64,000 nucleotides of DNA from Octopus sinensis (GCF_006345805.1 NC_043024.1:2418001-2482000), one strand, 5' to 3'; positions 25,183-40,976 are shown, counted from the stretch's first letter. Notes: generated by a model not told the origin, from the letters alone. Program-made: numbers and translations.

Positions 25183-25725
25183 GGAATGTTCCTCTTGCCA
25201 TTCAGTGACAACTTTAGCTGTGTGAATTGGTGCATTATCATCCTGAAAGCTTGCGTTTCCCTCCGGAAACAGTTCCGCAACCATAGGATGAATTTGATCA
25301 GATAAAATGCTTAAATAGGGAAACCATTGGGCTGGCAGATTTCCAAGATATAGCTCCCCAGATCATTACAGATCCTCCTCCATGTTTAACAGTTGGAAGA
25401 AGGCAGTCTGGGTCAAATGCTTCTATTGGCTCTCTTCACACGTATACTCGGCCGGTGGTCGGAAATAAGGTAATCGATGACTCGTCCTAGAAAATAACAT
25501 TCTTCCACTGCTCTAGGGGTCATTTCTGTAGGTTTTTACTCCACTCTAAACGCTTTGCAACGTTTGTTTTTGAAAGTAGTGGTTTCTGATTGCAGCCCTC
25601 CATTGAAATCTGGCTTTGTGCAGCTCCCAGCAAAAAGTTTTTGTGGAAACTGTGTTCTTGAGGCTGTCATCAAGCCCTGCAGTAATTTTGGGGGCTGTAC
25701 TTTTGTGATCCTTTCTAACAATTTG
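25183..25725 (-). mobile_element. Tc1/mariner transposase relic
   Basis: Copy of 1604-2162 with a small internal deletion. Confidence 0.85.
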
Positions 25726-27289
25726 CTGAATTAATTGTCATTTAAACCCGAAGCTATATAAAAATATTCAGGACTTTTGTTGAAGGAAGAGTTACTTCCC
25801 CTCGTCCATTAACCGTTCAGTCTTGCAAATTCCGTTTATTTCCTGCTATAGTTTCATACAAATCTTTATTCCTTGATCAATTCCACTTTATAACTGATAA
25901 TTATTGGGAGACCGGAATTAGATACGAATGATTTCATATCTAATTTCATATCTAACGCACAACTCAGAAAACAGGAAGGAATAAAAAAAATTACTTAAAC
26001 AAAGTTATATAATTTCGTTTTCCTTTTCACTGCCCATTCCAATTTTTTTACTTCCCACATTTTGCTATTAACCATTTCTTAATATCCTCACCATTTCCAT
26101 CTATACCTATACAGACATTTTTATACATCGTGGATCCCCGTCGTTCGCCGATGAGGATTCGGGTGTAAGACCAACTGAATCCCCTGTTCCGGAATTCCCG
26201 TGAGTCGCCGAGGATTCCGCTGGAATCATACAAGAACCTCTGCGACCCGAAGCTGACCTCTTTGGAATTCCTGGGTTCAGCACTTTCCCCTCTGTCCGAT
26301 TTCATTCAGGTTAACTGGACACTGCAGAAAGTGTTATTTGCCCAAAGTGTCTCGCAATAGGACAGAACAAGGGACTTCGTGGTTGTTAAGGAATCTTCTT
26401 GACCATTCGGCCGTACTCGGCCTACACACACACACACACACACACACACGAAGCACCTGCTGAAGATAACGTGCAACTTCCAAAGAAAGTTTTAACACTG
26501 GAAAACTTCAAGGTGCGTACGTCAAAGTTTATTTCTATAGCATATCTGTGCCTGTCTATCTCTGTCTGTCTATCTATCGGTACTACTTGAGCAGAGTGGT
26601 CCTGGTGCGCGCACTCGCGTACTCGTGCATCCGCGCTAGCTAGTCATGACTAGTGGATCCTTACTTTGTGTTTTTGTGTGTTATTTACTTTGTTTTAAAA
26701 TTATTTACTTTGTATTTTTGTGTTTTATATAGTGGTTAGGGCAGCGGACTCGCGGTCATAGTATCGCGGTTTCGATTCCCAGACCGGGCGTTGTGAGTGT
26801 TTATTGAGCGAAAACACCTAAAAGCTCCACGAGGCTCCGGCAGGGGATGGTGGTGATCCCTGCTGTACTCTTTCACCACAACTTTCTCTCACTCTTACTT
26901 CCTGTTTCTGTTGTACCTGTATTTCAAAGGGCCGGCCTTGTCACTCTCTGTGTCACGCTGAATATCCCCGAGAACTACGTTAAGGGTACACGTGTCTGCG
27001 GAGTGCTCAGCCACTTACACGTTAATTTCACGAGCAGGCTGTTCCGTTGATCGGATCAACCGGAACCTTCATCGTCGTAACCGACGGAGTGCTTCCACTA
27101 TCTGTTTGAAAAGGAAGTTGTTCCGCTTGAACGCACACAGAAACCTGCCAGTCTGGCCTTAGAAGATACAAAGAAGTAAAGACAACCCTTACTGCTATAA
27201 ACATGGCCACCACCACCAACATTCATGTTGGAAGCTTTAAAGCTGAAGAAAAGAATCGTCCTTTTCGAAGGAAGAACTGCTTCTATCTA

Positions 27290-27328
<39 letters not shown>

Positions 27329-27335
27329 ATCTATC

Positions 27336-27371
<36 letters not shown>

Positions 27372-27372
27372 G

Positions 27373-27431
<59 letters not shown>

Positions 27432-28009
27432 GTGTCTATCTATCTATCTGTCTGTCTATTTATCTATCTGCCTACCTACATACCTATCTATCTACCTGTT
27501 TATCTAGCTATCTCTCTTTACCCTGTTACTTGTTTCAGTCATGTGACTGTGGCCATGCTGGAGCACCGCCTTTAGTCGATCAAATCGACCCCAGGATTTA
27601 TTCTTTAAACTTCGTATACTGGTATACGAAGTTTAAAAGTGTTTAGTTACCTAGAAATTATGTTAAAAACTGCTGTTCAAACCGAAAAGATAGGAGGGAA
27701 CAGACAAGGACAGACAAAGGGATTAAGTTGATTACATCGACCCCAGTGCGTAACTGGTACTTAAGTTTAAAAGTGTTTAGTTACAAAGAAATTATTTTAA
27801 AAATCTGCCAGTCAAAACGAAAAGATCCAGGGAATCGAACTCACTAACTCGCGATTGATAGCCCGATGCGCTAACCACCGAGCCATGCGCCTTCCGCTTA
27901 GACAGTAACCATGGTGATAGTCAACAACAATATTACGTTCCCCCTTCCTTCTTAGTTTCGCTTTTGTGTCAGCAGCACTCTTTGTGGTTTCATATATTAA
28001 AGAGTCTAA

Positions 28010-28116
28010 GTCACATGACGCACCTTACTTCCGGCTTGTCACGTTTCCTCAATTCTTTGGAGACGAAATCGAAAGTAAATAAATATTTATTTATTTATTA
28101 AGCATCAGGGGTAAGT
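28010..28116 (+). promoter_or_regulatory. Candidate promoter/exon 1 of ZNF A2
   Basis: Same motif cluster as 4608-4714. Confidence 0.55.
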
Positions 28117-28489
28117 TATTATATATATATATGTATATATATTGGAAAGGAATACGATCTGATTGAAGACGTATACCAAATACTGCGATTTATAGAAATG
28201 CCGTAGTTTGTTGTGTTTTGATGTAGGCTGGGCAGGAATGGAGTGGCGGTCAATCGGAATAGCGGATAACGTTATCAGCCGGTTATTGTTATCAAAATTA
28301 ATTGGTTCAGACTTTATATTTGTTTAACGTCATCTGTTAGGTGTTATCCAATGCTGTACGGAAATGATCACAATAAGCGGCTTCCACTATATATATGATT
28401 CTTGTGAAATTCCTTTGTAATCGCCAACTGTTTTGTGTGTGTATGTGCATATATATGTATATACATATATATCTCTATATATGTATATA

Positions 28490-30181
28490 CTAGCAGTATA
28501 GCCCGGCGTTGCTCGGGTATGTTTCGATCCGCTGGAATTGTAATTTTGAAAAGTAAAAATTTTGTGAACATTTTTCTGGTCGAAATACACCGAAAAGTGG
28601 CGACACAGCAGTGAAAAAATCGTAAAAAATAGGGATTTTCATAGAAAAAAGCATCTTTTTGATGTAAATAATTTTTGGTGCTAACATGGTCCGATTTGAA
28701 TTTTATGTTCTACGGAAGGAAGAGCAACCCTTCTTCTACCATACTCTCAATTTTGGTCAACTTGCGCCGCAGGGTCTCGGAGGAGATAGTGTTAGTTGAA
28801 GGTTACCATTCTAGGTGCCTGAGTAACAACCTCGCGGATTTACAGATAAATGAATTTATTACTATTTTACAGAATAAAATTAAATAATTCTTGAAAATTA
28901 ATTAATATTAATATTTTTTGAAGAAAGTAAATAATTTTTAAAACTTAAATAATAATTTTTTTTACACAAACGCGAACATGGAAAAGGGGGTGGCGAATTC
29001 GATTTACATACCTAAATTTTTTCTTTTTCATGACATTGTAGCAAAATAGTAGTGAATTATATAAATACCAGCAGTACATTTTTTTTCTGGGGTATTTTTT
29101 TTCAACCTCGTCACATATTTGCCCCTTTCAATTTAAACAAAGTCTTAATTAAGCAATTACGGCAGCTTAGCAATGGTTTCAATACAGGCGTGACATCTGT
29201 ATCTCAATTGTTCAAAACCCTTCGAATTTTTTCGCACGTGATGATATCATAGTGAAAACTTTCAATTACGCTCGCTTAGAAGTACGCTCACAAATTAATA
29301 CTACCAAAATTTTGAAGTTCGCGCTCCGCTTGTGTGTGTGTGCATGCTTTAGGTGTACGTAGGTATGTGTTTTTGTGTGTGCGTGCTTTAGGTGTACGTA
29401 GGCATGTGTTTTTGTGTGTGTGTGTCACTGAAGCCATACATACATATATACATACATAACCTCTCTCTCTCTTTTCTCTCTCAGTCACTCACTACAAAAA
29501 GTGAATAAAAAAAGTTTAGTTATTTCTGTCTTTCACTCTGTCTGTCTCTACACACACTAACAAAAGCACTTCACTTACACACCACACTTTCGCACGCACA
29601 CATGTACATCACACACTCACACACACACTCACGCACGCACACATGTACATCAATGCTTTCGGAGTGAAATGTTAAAATATTGAGTTTTCTCGAATTTTGT
29701 CTTAATTGGGGGTGAAATTGAAAGAAATATATTATGGCATGACCGAATGGAGTACTTTGAAAAAATCTTAGGTAAACTCTAATTGAAGAAATTGTGTGAG
29801 GAGTAAATCGTTATGTATTTATTTGTTTCTGTTTGCTGTGTTTTTTTATTTTTTGAGTAGTGGTTTAAATACTTTCAGTTTAGTCTTCCTCAAATCACTC
29901 TGTCGCTATTTACTTTCATTTTATTCGTTGCACACTGTGTGTGTGCGTGTGCGTGTGGTGTAAACCACATTAAGAAAAGCATTTGACATACACACCAGAA
30001 TGTGAGTTTTCTGTAAATTTTTTCTTAATTGGAGTTTAAATTTTAAAAACTGGACCTGGCATGACCCGATGCATTCTACTCTTAAAAATGCTAGGTAAAT
30101 TGTAATTGAAGAAATCCTATATTGTAGATTTCTATAAGTTACAAAGGGAGGCAGATAAAATCTGCCTTTTATAATAAGAGA
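28490..30181 (-). mobile_element. Non-autonomous Helitron H2
   Basis: Copy of 5089-6780 at the equivalent site. Confidence 0.8.
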
Positions 30182-30676
30182 TGTGTGCGGGCATGAGAAT
30201 GCACGTATATATAGACGTTTTTACTTAGTATTTTTCCATTATTTTGTGGGGGGGGGGGACATATATATATCCATTTTTTGTATGTGCGTGTGTATGTATG
30301 CGTATATAAATATGTGTGGGTATGTACATATATGGGCGTGTGTGTGTGTATGAGTGCATAGGGGCATGTCCGTATATGAACGTGGTTTTTATGCTTTGTA
30401 TACTTCCTTATTATATTTTTTTCTGTTACCTTTAACCATGGTTTTTCTTGTGTTTGTGCGTATATAGACGTATGTATGAACTTTTACGGTACGCATGTGT
30501 GTGTGTGTATGAGGTTGTATATATATGCGTATATATTTGGCGAAAAATGCGAGTGAAGATGTGTACGTTTCCGTGGTGACGTATAAGTACACACGTGGGT
30601 TTTCGCGCGCAGAATTATAATACAGTAATTTCCCTTTATATAACGGTATTTTTTCATAGCGTTTTTTCAGATGGCC

Positions 30677-30739
30677 AGATAACTGAAGAGATGGTGTTGT
30701 GGATTTCCACTTCGGCATCTGAAACTCGGAGTTTTATCT
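30677..30739 (+). ncRNA. Intronic hammerhead-like motif (A2), CTGAAGA core
   Basis: Identical to 7278-7340. Confidence 0.65.
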
Positions 30740-30986
30740 TGACTATTGAGTAAATGTAACATGTTATTTTATAGATAAATTTCCTCTATTTACATAATAT
30801 TGAGGTCTCTTTCTTTCTTTCTTTTGTTATCTTACCGTTTTACCAATATATATATAGCAGAGTAAAGTAATTTATTTTATAGAAGGAACTTCTACAGGAC
30901 TAGAACTGTTTCATCTGAATGAAACAGATCTAGTACTGTAGAAGCTCCTTCTATAAAATAAAATAAAATATATATATATATATATA

Positions 30987-31638
30987 CAACAAAAATTAGA
31001 GAATGGAGAAATATACTTAAATCAGTAAAACATCAACTATCCGATGATACTCAATCCATACTTTAATACACCATTACATATGAGTAAAGGCAATACATAA
31101 AATGAAATGAGATATACAGTAATAGTAACAAGATAAAGAGATATAAGTAAAAAATTTTCAAATATAATATGCAAATAAATCAAAACTGACAGCTGTTTCG
31201 GCAGTGAGGACAGTCATACCTCATTTAACCTATAAGCCATAAAGGCAGGTATAAATGAGGCATTAACAAGGATGCCCCACGGCCTCTTCAGAGAATTAAA
31301 TTAAATTTGTTATAATAGTGAAAAATATTATACAATCATATACATATAAATATAAAAATATAAAAATGTAAAATATAAAAACTTATACATCATAAAGCTA
31401 CACTTATATAATATAATACACATTTGTACAAAAAAGGAAGGTAAACAGAACAAAATAAAACAAAATATATAATAGTGTATATATTAATATCAATAAGTAC
31501 CGATATTATACATATTTGGCTAATAGTTTTTATATATATAAAAAAAAGGCTAACATATATGGAGATGAAAAATAATAATTAAATCCGTGGTACAGTTCAT
31601 AAGATTCTAAAGCTATAAAAGTTAATAAAAATTACTAT

Positions 31639-31670
<32 letters not shown>

Positions 31671-31722
31671 TATAATAAAAAATAGATACAGTTAAGTTAG
31701 CACCAAGTCCATCCTTACAAGA
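30987..31722 (-). mobile_element. A2-specific Penelope-like insertion into (TA)n carrying a hammerhead motif (31182-31297)
   Basis: Absent from A1 (7570-7595). Minus strand: CT-CTGAAGA-GGC-C-GTGGGG...CCTCAC-T-GCC-GAAAC-AGCT-GTC-AG. Confidence 0.7.
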
Positions 31723-32693
31723 ATATATAAATATATATATAAAGGTGGCGAGCTGGCAGCAATATTAGCACAACGGGCGAAATGCATGTGTCTTTACGTT
31801 ATGAGTTCAAATTCCACTGAGGTCGACATTGCCTTTCATCTTTCAGGGTCGATAAATTAAGTACCAGGTATGCACTGGGGTCGATGAAATCGACTTAATC
31901 CTTATGTCTGTCCTTGTTTGTCCTCTCTATGTTTATCCCCTTGTGGGCAATAAATATATATATATATCATCATCATCAACCGTTTCAAAGTAAACATTAG
32001 TCCTTGCTCTTTTTAATGCAATAACCTCTGGTATTTCATATACAGCAGATGTAAGTGGAGGCGCAATGACCCAGTGGTTAGGGCAACAGACTCGCGGTTT
32101 CGATTCCCAGACCGGGCGTTGTGTGTGTTTATTGAGCGAAAACACATAAAGCTCCACGATGCTCCAGCAGAGGGTGGTGGCGACCCCTGTTGTACTCTTT
32201 CGCCCCAACTTATCTCACTCTTTCTTCCTGTTTCTTGTCCCCCGACTTCCTACGCAACCGCCGAGCCTGGATGCCCATTCATCCATCCGTCGATGCTCTC
32301 GGTGTCTGGGAGGCTGACCTGCTTTCTCTTCTGCGGGTCTTACGAATAGCAAAGGACCACGTTTCCGACTTCTTCCATCTTGCGAGCTCTGGGACGAAGA
32401 CCGCTTCGCTCAACAAACAAACAGCAGATGTAAATCGTAAATTCTTTGTTGGTTCAAAACTTTTGGGAATTTTTAGAAAACTCTTGTGAATTTGTAATTC
32501 ATAGGATTGTGGAAAAACCAAAACAAAATTTTTTAAATTGCTGCGTGATTTAAGAGCTATTTAGCTATTATTTTTAGCACATCCCATGACTACCTTATAA
32601 TCTCCTTGTTTGTTTGTCAGACTGACGTGTTAACGTTTATTTGGCCAGCTAAAGGTTTATATCTCCAGTTTATCAGTATAAAAATGTAATCTC

Positions 32694-33091
32694 GGATTTT
32701 TTCGATTTTAACGGCAGTTTTTAACATAATTTCTAGGTAACTAAACATTTTAAACTTCGTAAACTGGTAGAATGTGTTTATAAAACATCATTTTCTCTTG
32801 GCTTTATTGAGATAATTCAATGGTTTGTAAGATATTTGTTGTTCTTTTTTTCTTCAATTTCAACCTATCAATGACGTCTATTGAGGTAAAAAAAATCATT
32901 CTGTGCCGTATGAATATGTTCCTCGTTTAAGAAACAGATTGGGTTTATTTACATTTGTGAAGAAAAAAGATACCTTTCCCCCTAACCCTAAAACAGATTG
33001 AAATGCAATAGATTGATACTAGGGTCATACTCATGGGTGACAATTTCATATGACACCTCTAGAAAAACTGCCGTTCAAACCGAAAAGATCT
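32694..33091. mobile_element. GGATC-type MITE with GTAATCTC TSD
   Basis: Copy of 8560-8957. Confidence 0.8.
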
Positions 33092-33936
33092 GTAATCTCT
33101 ACTTTTCTAGTGAATTCTATATCTCATAATATTTTTTTTTTTTATTTCAGATTATCAGACGATATTTAGCATAAAAGAATATTTTACATCGAGCACATCA
33201 TGAATATATATGATATATTCTTTAAGACGCTACACAGAAGAAATATTACCCTGTTTATATAAATCGATTATAGAATTGTGAAAGATTTTCTTTGGGTGTG
33301 TGATTATTAGCAGCATTTCTGTACTTTTCTGCCTGGAATGGGTGCAAGAAAACCAATCCTGTATTCTAATTAAACCTGGATTGCAAAGGAATTGGCAGCC
33401 CCCTCACATATTGACAATGATTACAGTTGATGGAAATATTTATTTCTTTATTGCCCACTAGGGGGCTAAACATAGAGGGGACAAATAAGGACAGACAAAG
33501 GGATTAAGTCGATTATATCTACCCCAGTGTGAAACTGGTATTTTATTTATCGACCCTGAAAGGATGAAAGGCAAAGTCGACCTTGGTGGAATTTGAACTC
33601 AGAACATAGTGGTAGACGAAATACCTACTTCTTTACTACTCACAAGGGGCTAAACACAGAGAGGAGAAACAAGGACAGACAAACGGATTAAGTCGATTAC
33701 ATCGACCCCAGTGTGTAACTGGTACTTATATAATCGACCCCAAAAGGATGAAAGGCAAAGTCGACCTTGGTGGAATTTGAACTCAGAACGTAACAGCAAA
33801 CGAAATACCGCAAAGCATTTCACCCGGTGTGCTAACGTTTCTGCCAGCACGCAGCCTACCAGAGGTGATGTTAAATATCTTATGAAAATATCTAGCTGAG
33901 AAAGTTTAAGAACTGATTTATATTTTCGGTCAAGAG

Positions 33937-34957
<1,021 letters not shown>

Positions 34958-35582
34958 ATTATGTGACTGACCATCATCCTCATTCAACATCTGTTTTCCA
35001 TGCTGGCATGTGTTGAACGGTTTTTGACGTGCAAGCCAGGGGATTGCACCCAGCTCTACTGTCTACTTTGGCATGGTTTCTATTGCTGGAGGCCCTTCCT
35101 AATAGCAACCACTTTACAAAGTGTACTGGGTGCTTTTGACATGGGCCCAGCGCTAGCGAGGTCAAACACATTCTTACAAATTTACCCACAAGGCATTGGT
35201 CAGCCTAGGAACAGAAGGCAATTGCCTAGGGTGCCGTTAATGGGACTCTGCCCCCAAACCATGTGATTGCGAAGCAAATGCCTCATGGCCATCTCTTCTT
35301 AGAGAATCATTCTCTGAAAGATGTAACTTATGTACTTACACACAAACGCTTTCATACAAGACACCAACCATGTTACCGAGATATCTGTGGGAAATCAATC
35401 TCTCTAAAAATATCAATTAACTATTCTGTGTATTCATATTAACGAGTAACACTTAATATCAAAATTAGTTCTTTGAAAAAAATTTATCTTATATAACCAC
35501 ATATGTATACACATGGGAAAGACTAACTGTGGAAACACCCTATCAACAATCTATATGACTATCTCCACCCTGTTGAAATAAC

Positions 35583-36293
35583 TTAACTCTTTCATTACCA
35601 ACCCGACTGAAACTGCCTCTGGCTCTATAGTACAAATGTCTTGTTTTCATAAGTTCTGAAATAAAATCTTCCACCAAACCTTAGTCACAATTTATGTCCC
35701 TAACACTAGCTGAATGATAACTAAGTTATTTTACTAAATTCTTTGTTATTTTTAAAGTAATTGTAAGAAACACAGAGCATCTCAACAGAAATATGGTAAC
35801 AAAAGGGTTAACAAATGATTAATTTAACCCTTTTGATACCAACCCAGCTGACACTACCTCTGGCTCTGAGTACAAATGTCTTATTTTCATAAGTTTTGAA
35901 TTAAAATCTTCCACGAAACCTTAGTCACAATTTATGTTCCTAACACTAGCTGAATGATAACTAAGTTATTTTACTAAATTCTTTGTTATTTTTAAAGTAA
36001 TTGTAAGAAACACAGAGCATCTCAACAGAAATATGGTAACAAAAGGGTTAACAAATGATTAATTTAACCCTTTTGATACCAACCCAGCTGAAACTACCTC
36101 TGGCTCTGTAGTACAAATGTCTTGGTTTCATAAGTTTTGAATTAAAATCTTCCACCAAACCTTAAGTCGCAAGTTATGTTCCTAACACTAGCTGAATGAT
36201 AACTTAGTTATTTTACTAAATTCTTTGTTATATTTAAAGTAATTGAAAGAAACACAGAGCATCTCAAACTAAATACAATAACGAAAGGGTTAA
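35583..36293. mobile_element. Three tandem piggyBac-like MITEs
   Basis: Same unit as 11448-11918, with three copies. Confidence 0.8.
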
Positions 36294-38119
36294 GGTATTT
36301 TTAATATGGGGTAGAAAGGGCTCCTTAGCCGTAGTGAAGGCAATCTGCTATGGAGATAACCTTACAATAAATCACTGGGTCCGTAGCTTAGAAATACTGG
36401 GTTGACGTCCAGCGGGAACAGCTTTGTTTCATGGAGGAGGAAAGATCTTCTTTAGTACTTGGTTGTTCAATGCTTTCCAATGTGTGTAGTAGTGGCGCGC
36501 GCACACATTATTAGCCATTTGAAAAGACTATGAAAGTCTCGACCACGGTCGAACAATGATGATGATGATTTTTAATAAAAGAATTCTTTTATAATATTTG
36601 TAATTTATTCTGCTTCCTGTTTCTTTTATGTTTGCCTGTCAAAGTGATGAGGGCCATTTGGTCATCATTAAGAATGGCTAATGACTTGCTCAGTGACTTT
36701 GTCATATGTGCATTACAAGACCAGGTCAAGATGGCTGGGGATGGAGACTGAGGCAGTGGATGACCAAGAGGTCTTGCTTGCCTCATCTTTCTTTCGTTCC
36801 ACGGATGAGTGACCCCGGCTCTTCTATACTACTCTTGGCCTGAACAAAGGATTTACCGCTTGTTTTGACAAGCAACAAGCGGGTGGATTTGGTTCCAAAT
36901 CTCAGGCAGGGCCAAGTGAGGTCCCTACAGGCCGATACAGCTTGGCACCAGTGACGTCATAACTCATTTTTACAGCTGAGTGAACTGCAGCAACGTGAAA
37001 TAAAGTGTCTTGCTCAAGAACACAACACACAACATGGTCCAGGAATCGGATCTTTTTGTTTTGACTGGCAGATTTTTAAAATAATTTCTTTGTAACTAAA
37101 CACTTTTAAACTTCGTATACTGGTAGAATGTGTTTATAAAACATCTTTTTCTCTTGGATTTCTTGAGAAAATTCTGTAGTTTGGAAGCTATTTGTTGTTT
37201 AATTTCTTGCATTTAATTTTGGGGGCTGTACTTTTGTGATCCTTTCTAACAATTTGCTGAATTAATTAATTGTCATTTAAACCCGAAGCTATATAAAAAT
37301 ATTCAGGACTTTTGTTGAAGGAAGAGTTACTTCCCCTCGTCCATTAACCGTTCAGTCTTGCAAATTCCGTTTATTTCCTGCTATAGTTTCATACAAATCT
37401 TTATTCCTTGATCAATTCCACTTTATAACTGATAATTATTGGGAGACCGGAATTAGATACGAATGATTTCATATCTAATTTCATATCTAACGCACAACTC
37501 AGAAAAAAAGAAGGACTAAAAAAAATTACTTAAACAAAGTTATATAATTTCTTTCACTGTTTCGTTTTCCTTTTCATTGCACATTCCAATTTTTTTTATT
37601 TCCCACATTTTGCTATTAACCATTTCTTAATATCCTCACCATTTCCATCTATACCTATACAGACATTTTCATACATCGTGGATCCCCGTCGTTCACCGAT
37701 GAGGATTCAGGTGTAAGACCAACTGAATCCCCTGCTCCTGGATTCCCGTGAGTCGCCGAGGATTCCGCCGGAATCATACAAAACCCCTTCGACCCGAAGC
37801 TGACCTCTTTGGAATTCCTGGGTTCAGCACTTTCCCCTCTGTCCGATTTCATTCAGGTCAACTGGACACTGCAGAAAGTGTTATTTGCCGAAAGTGTCTT
37901 GCAGTAGGACAGAACGAGGGACCTCGTGGTTGTTAAGGGATCTTCTTGACCATTCGGCCGTCCTCTGCCTACACACACACACACACACACGAAGCACCTG
38001 CTGAAGATGACGTGCAACTTCCAAAGAAAGTTTTAACACTGGAAAACTTCAAGGTGCGTACGTCAAAGTTTATTTCTATAGCATATCTGTGCCTGTCTAT
38101 CTCTGTCTGTCTATCTATC

Positions 38120-38366
38120 GGTACTACTTGAGAAGAGTAATCCCGGTGCGCGCACTCGCGTACTCGTGCATCCGCGCTAGCTAGTCATGACTAGTCGATC
38201 CTTACTTTGTGTTTTTGCGTTTTATTTATTTTAACAAAAATTATTTACTTTGTGTAAAAAAAATTATTTTGTGTATTATTTAATTTGCTAGCTAGTCGTA
38301 GCATCGACTAGTCACGACTAGCTAGCGCGAGTGCGCGCACCGGGACCACTATTCTCAAGTAGTACC
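38120..38366. mobile_element. Complete GC-rich MITE
   Basis: Copy of 13744-13970 with a longer preserved right arm. Confidence 0.8.
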
Positions 38367-38616
38367 CTATCTATCTATTTGTCTATCTATCTGTCTGAAA
38401 AGGAAGTTGTTCCGCTTGAACGCACACAGAAAACTGCCAGTCTGGCCTTAGAAGATACAAACAAGTAAAGACAACCCTTACTGCTATAAACATGGCCACC
38501 ACCACCAACATGAACACTCAAAGCAATTTTGCTGAAGCTTTAAAGCTGAAGAAAAGAATCGTCCTTTTCGAAGGAAGAACTGCTTCTCTCTGTCTATCCA
38601 TCTATCTGTCTGTCTC

Positions 38617-38668
<52 letters not shown>

Positions 38669-39488
38669 ATCTGTCTGTCTATTTATCTATCTGCCTACCT
38701 ACATACCTATCTATCTACCGACCTATTTATCTACCTGTTTATCTATCTATCTCTCTTTACTCTTTTACTTGTTTCAGTCATGTGACTGTGGCCATGCTGG
38801 AGCACCGCCTTTAGTCGATCAAATCGACCCCAGGACTTATTCTTTAAACTTCGTATACTGGTAGAATGTATTTATAAAACATCTTTTTCTCTTGGGTTCC
38901 TTGAGAAAATTCTGTAGCTTGTAAGCTATTTGTTGTTTAATTTCTTGCATTTCGGCAATTTCAACCAATCAATGACGTCTATTGAGGTGATAACAATATC
39001 TGCCGTAGTTTATCAACAGCAATAATTGTAGCTTACAAACTACAGAATTTTCTGACGAAAGCCAAGAGAAAAAAGATATTTTATGTAACAAATTCTACCA
39101 GTATACGAAGTTTAAAAGTGCTTAGTTACCTAGAAATTATGTTAAAAACTGCTGTTCAAACGGAAAAGATAGGAGGGAACAGACAAGGACAGAGAAAGGG
39201 ATTAAGTTGATTACATCGACCCCAGTGCGTAACTGGTACTTAAGTTTAAAAGTGTTTAGTTACAAAGAAATTATTTTAAAAATCTGCCAGTCAAAACGAA
39301 AAGATCCAGGGAATCGAACTCACTAACTCGCGATTGATAGCCCGATGCGCTAACCACCGAGCCATGCGCCTTCCACTTAGACAGTAACCATGGTGATAGT
39401 CAACAACAATATTACGTTCCCCCTTCCTTCTTAGTTTCGCTTTTGTGTCAGCAGCACTCTTTGTGGTTTCATATATTAAAGAGTCTAA

Positions 39489-39595
39489 GTCACATGACGC
39501 ACCTTACTTCCGGCTTGTCACGTTTCCTCAATTCTTTGGAGACGAAATCGAAAGTAAATAAATATTTATTTATTTATTAAGCATCAGGGGTAAGT
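39489..39595 (+). promoter_or_regulatory. Candidate promoter/exon 1 of ZNF B2
   Basis: Same motif cluster as 4608-4714. Confidence 0.55.
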
Positions 39596-39969
39596 TATTA
39601 TATATATATGTATATATATTGGAGAGGAATACGATCTGATTGAAGACGTTGTATAGCAAATACTGCGATTTATAGAAATGCCCTAGTTTGTTGTGTATTG
39701 ATGTAGGCTGGGCAGGAATGGAGTGGCGGTCAATCGGAATAGCGGATAACGTTATCAGCCGGTTATTGTTATCAAAATGAATTGGTTCAGACTTTATATT
39801 TGTTTAACGTCATCTGTTAGGTGTTATCCAATGCTGTACGGAAATGATCACAATAAGCGGCTTCCACTATATATATGATTCTTGTGAAATTCCTTTGTAA
39901 TCGCCAACTTTTTTGTGTGTGTATGTGCATATATATGTATATACATATATATGTCTATATATGTATATA

Positions 39970-40415
39970 CTAGTAGTATCGCCCGGTGTTGCTTGGGTAT
40001 GTTTCGATCCGCTGGAATTGTAATTTTGAAAAGTAAAAATTTTGTGAACATTTTTCTGGTCGAAATACACCGAAAAGTGGCGACACAGCAGTGAAAAAAT
40101 CGTAAAAAATAGGGATTTTCATAGGAAAAAGCATCTTTTTGATGTAAATAATTTTTGGTGTTAACATGGTCCGATTTGAATTTTATGTTCTAATGTAAAC
40201 CACATTAAGAAAAGCATTTGACATACACACCAGAATGTGAGTTTTCTGTAAATTTTGCTTAATTGGAGTTTAAATTTTAAAAACTGGACCTGGCATGACC
40301 CGATGCATTCTACTCTTAAAAATGCTAGGTAAATTGTAATTGAAGAAATCCTATATTGTAGATTTCTATAAGTTACAAAGGGAGGCAGATAAAATCTGCC
40401 TTTTATAATAAGAGA
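39970..40415 (-). mobile_element. Internally deleted Helitron H2
   Basis: Both termini retained; ~1.25 kb missing at the ~40192 junction. Confidence 0.8.
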
Positions 40416-40913
40416 TGTGTGCGGGCATGAGAATGCACATATATATATAGACGTTTTTACTTAGTATTTTTCCATTATTTTGTTGGGGGGGTGGACATAT
40501 ATATATTCATTTTTTGTATATGCGTGTGTATGTATGCGTATATAAATATGTGCGGGTATGTACATATATGGGCGTGTGTGTGTGTATGAGTGCATAGGGG
40601 CATGTCCGTATATGAACGTGGTTTTTATGCTTTGTATACTTCCTTATGTTTTTTTTTCTGTTACCTTTAACCATGGTTTTTCTTGTGTTTGTGCGTATAT
40701 AGACGTATGTATGAACTTTTACGGTACGCATGTGTGTGTGTGTGTATGAGGTTGTATATATATGCGTATATATTTGGCGAAAAATGCGAGTGAAGATGTG
40801 TACGTTTCCATAGTGACGTATAAGTACGCACGTGGGTTTTCGCGCGCAGAATTATAATACAGTAATTTCCCTTTATATAACGGTATTTTTTCATAGCGTT
40901 TTTTCAGATGGCC

Positions 40914-40976
40914 AGATAACCGAAGAGATGGTGTTGTGGATTTCCACTTCGGCATCTGAAACTGAGAGTTTTATCT
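40914..40976 (+). ncRNA. Intronic hammerhead-like motif, CCGAAGA variant (B2)
   Basis: Homolog of 16066-16128. Confidence 0.45.
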
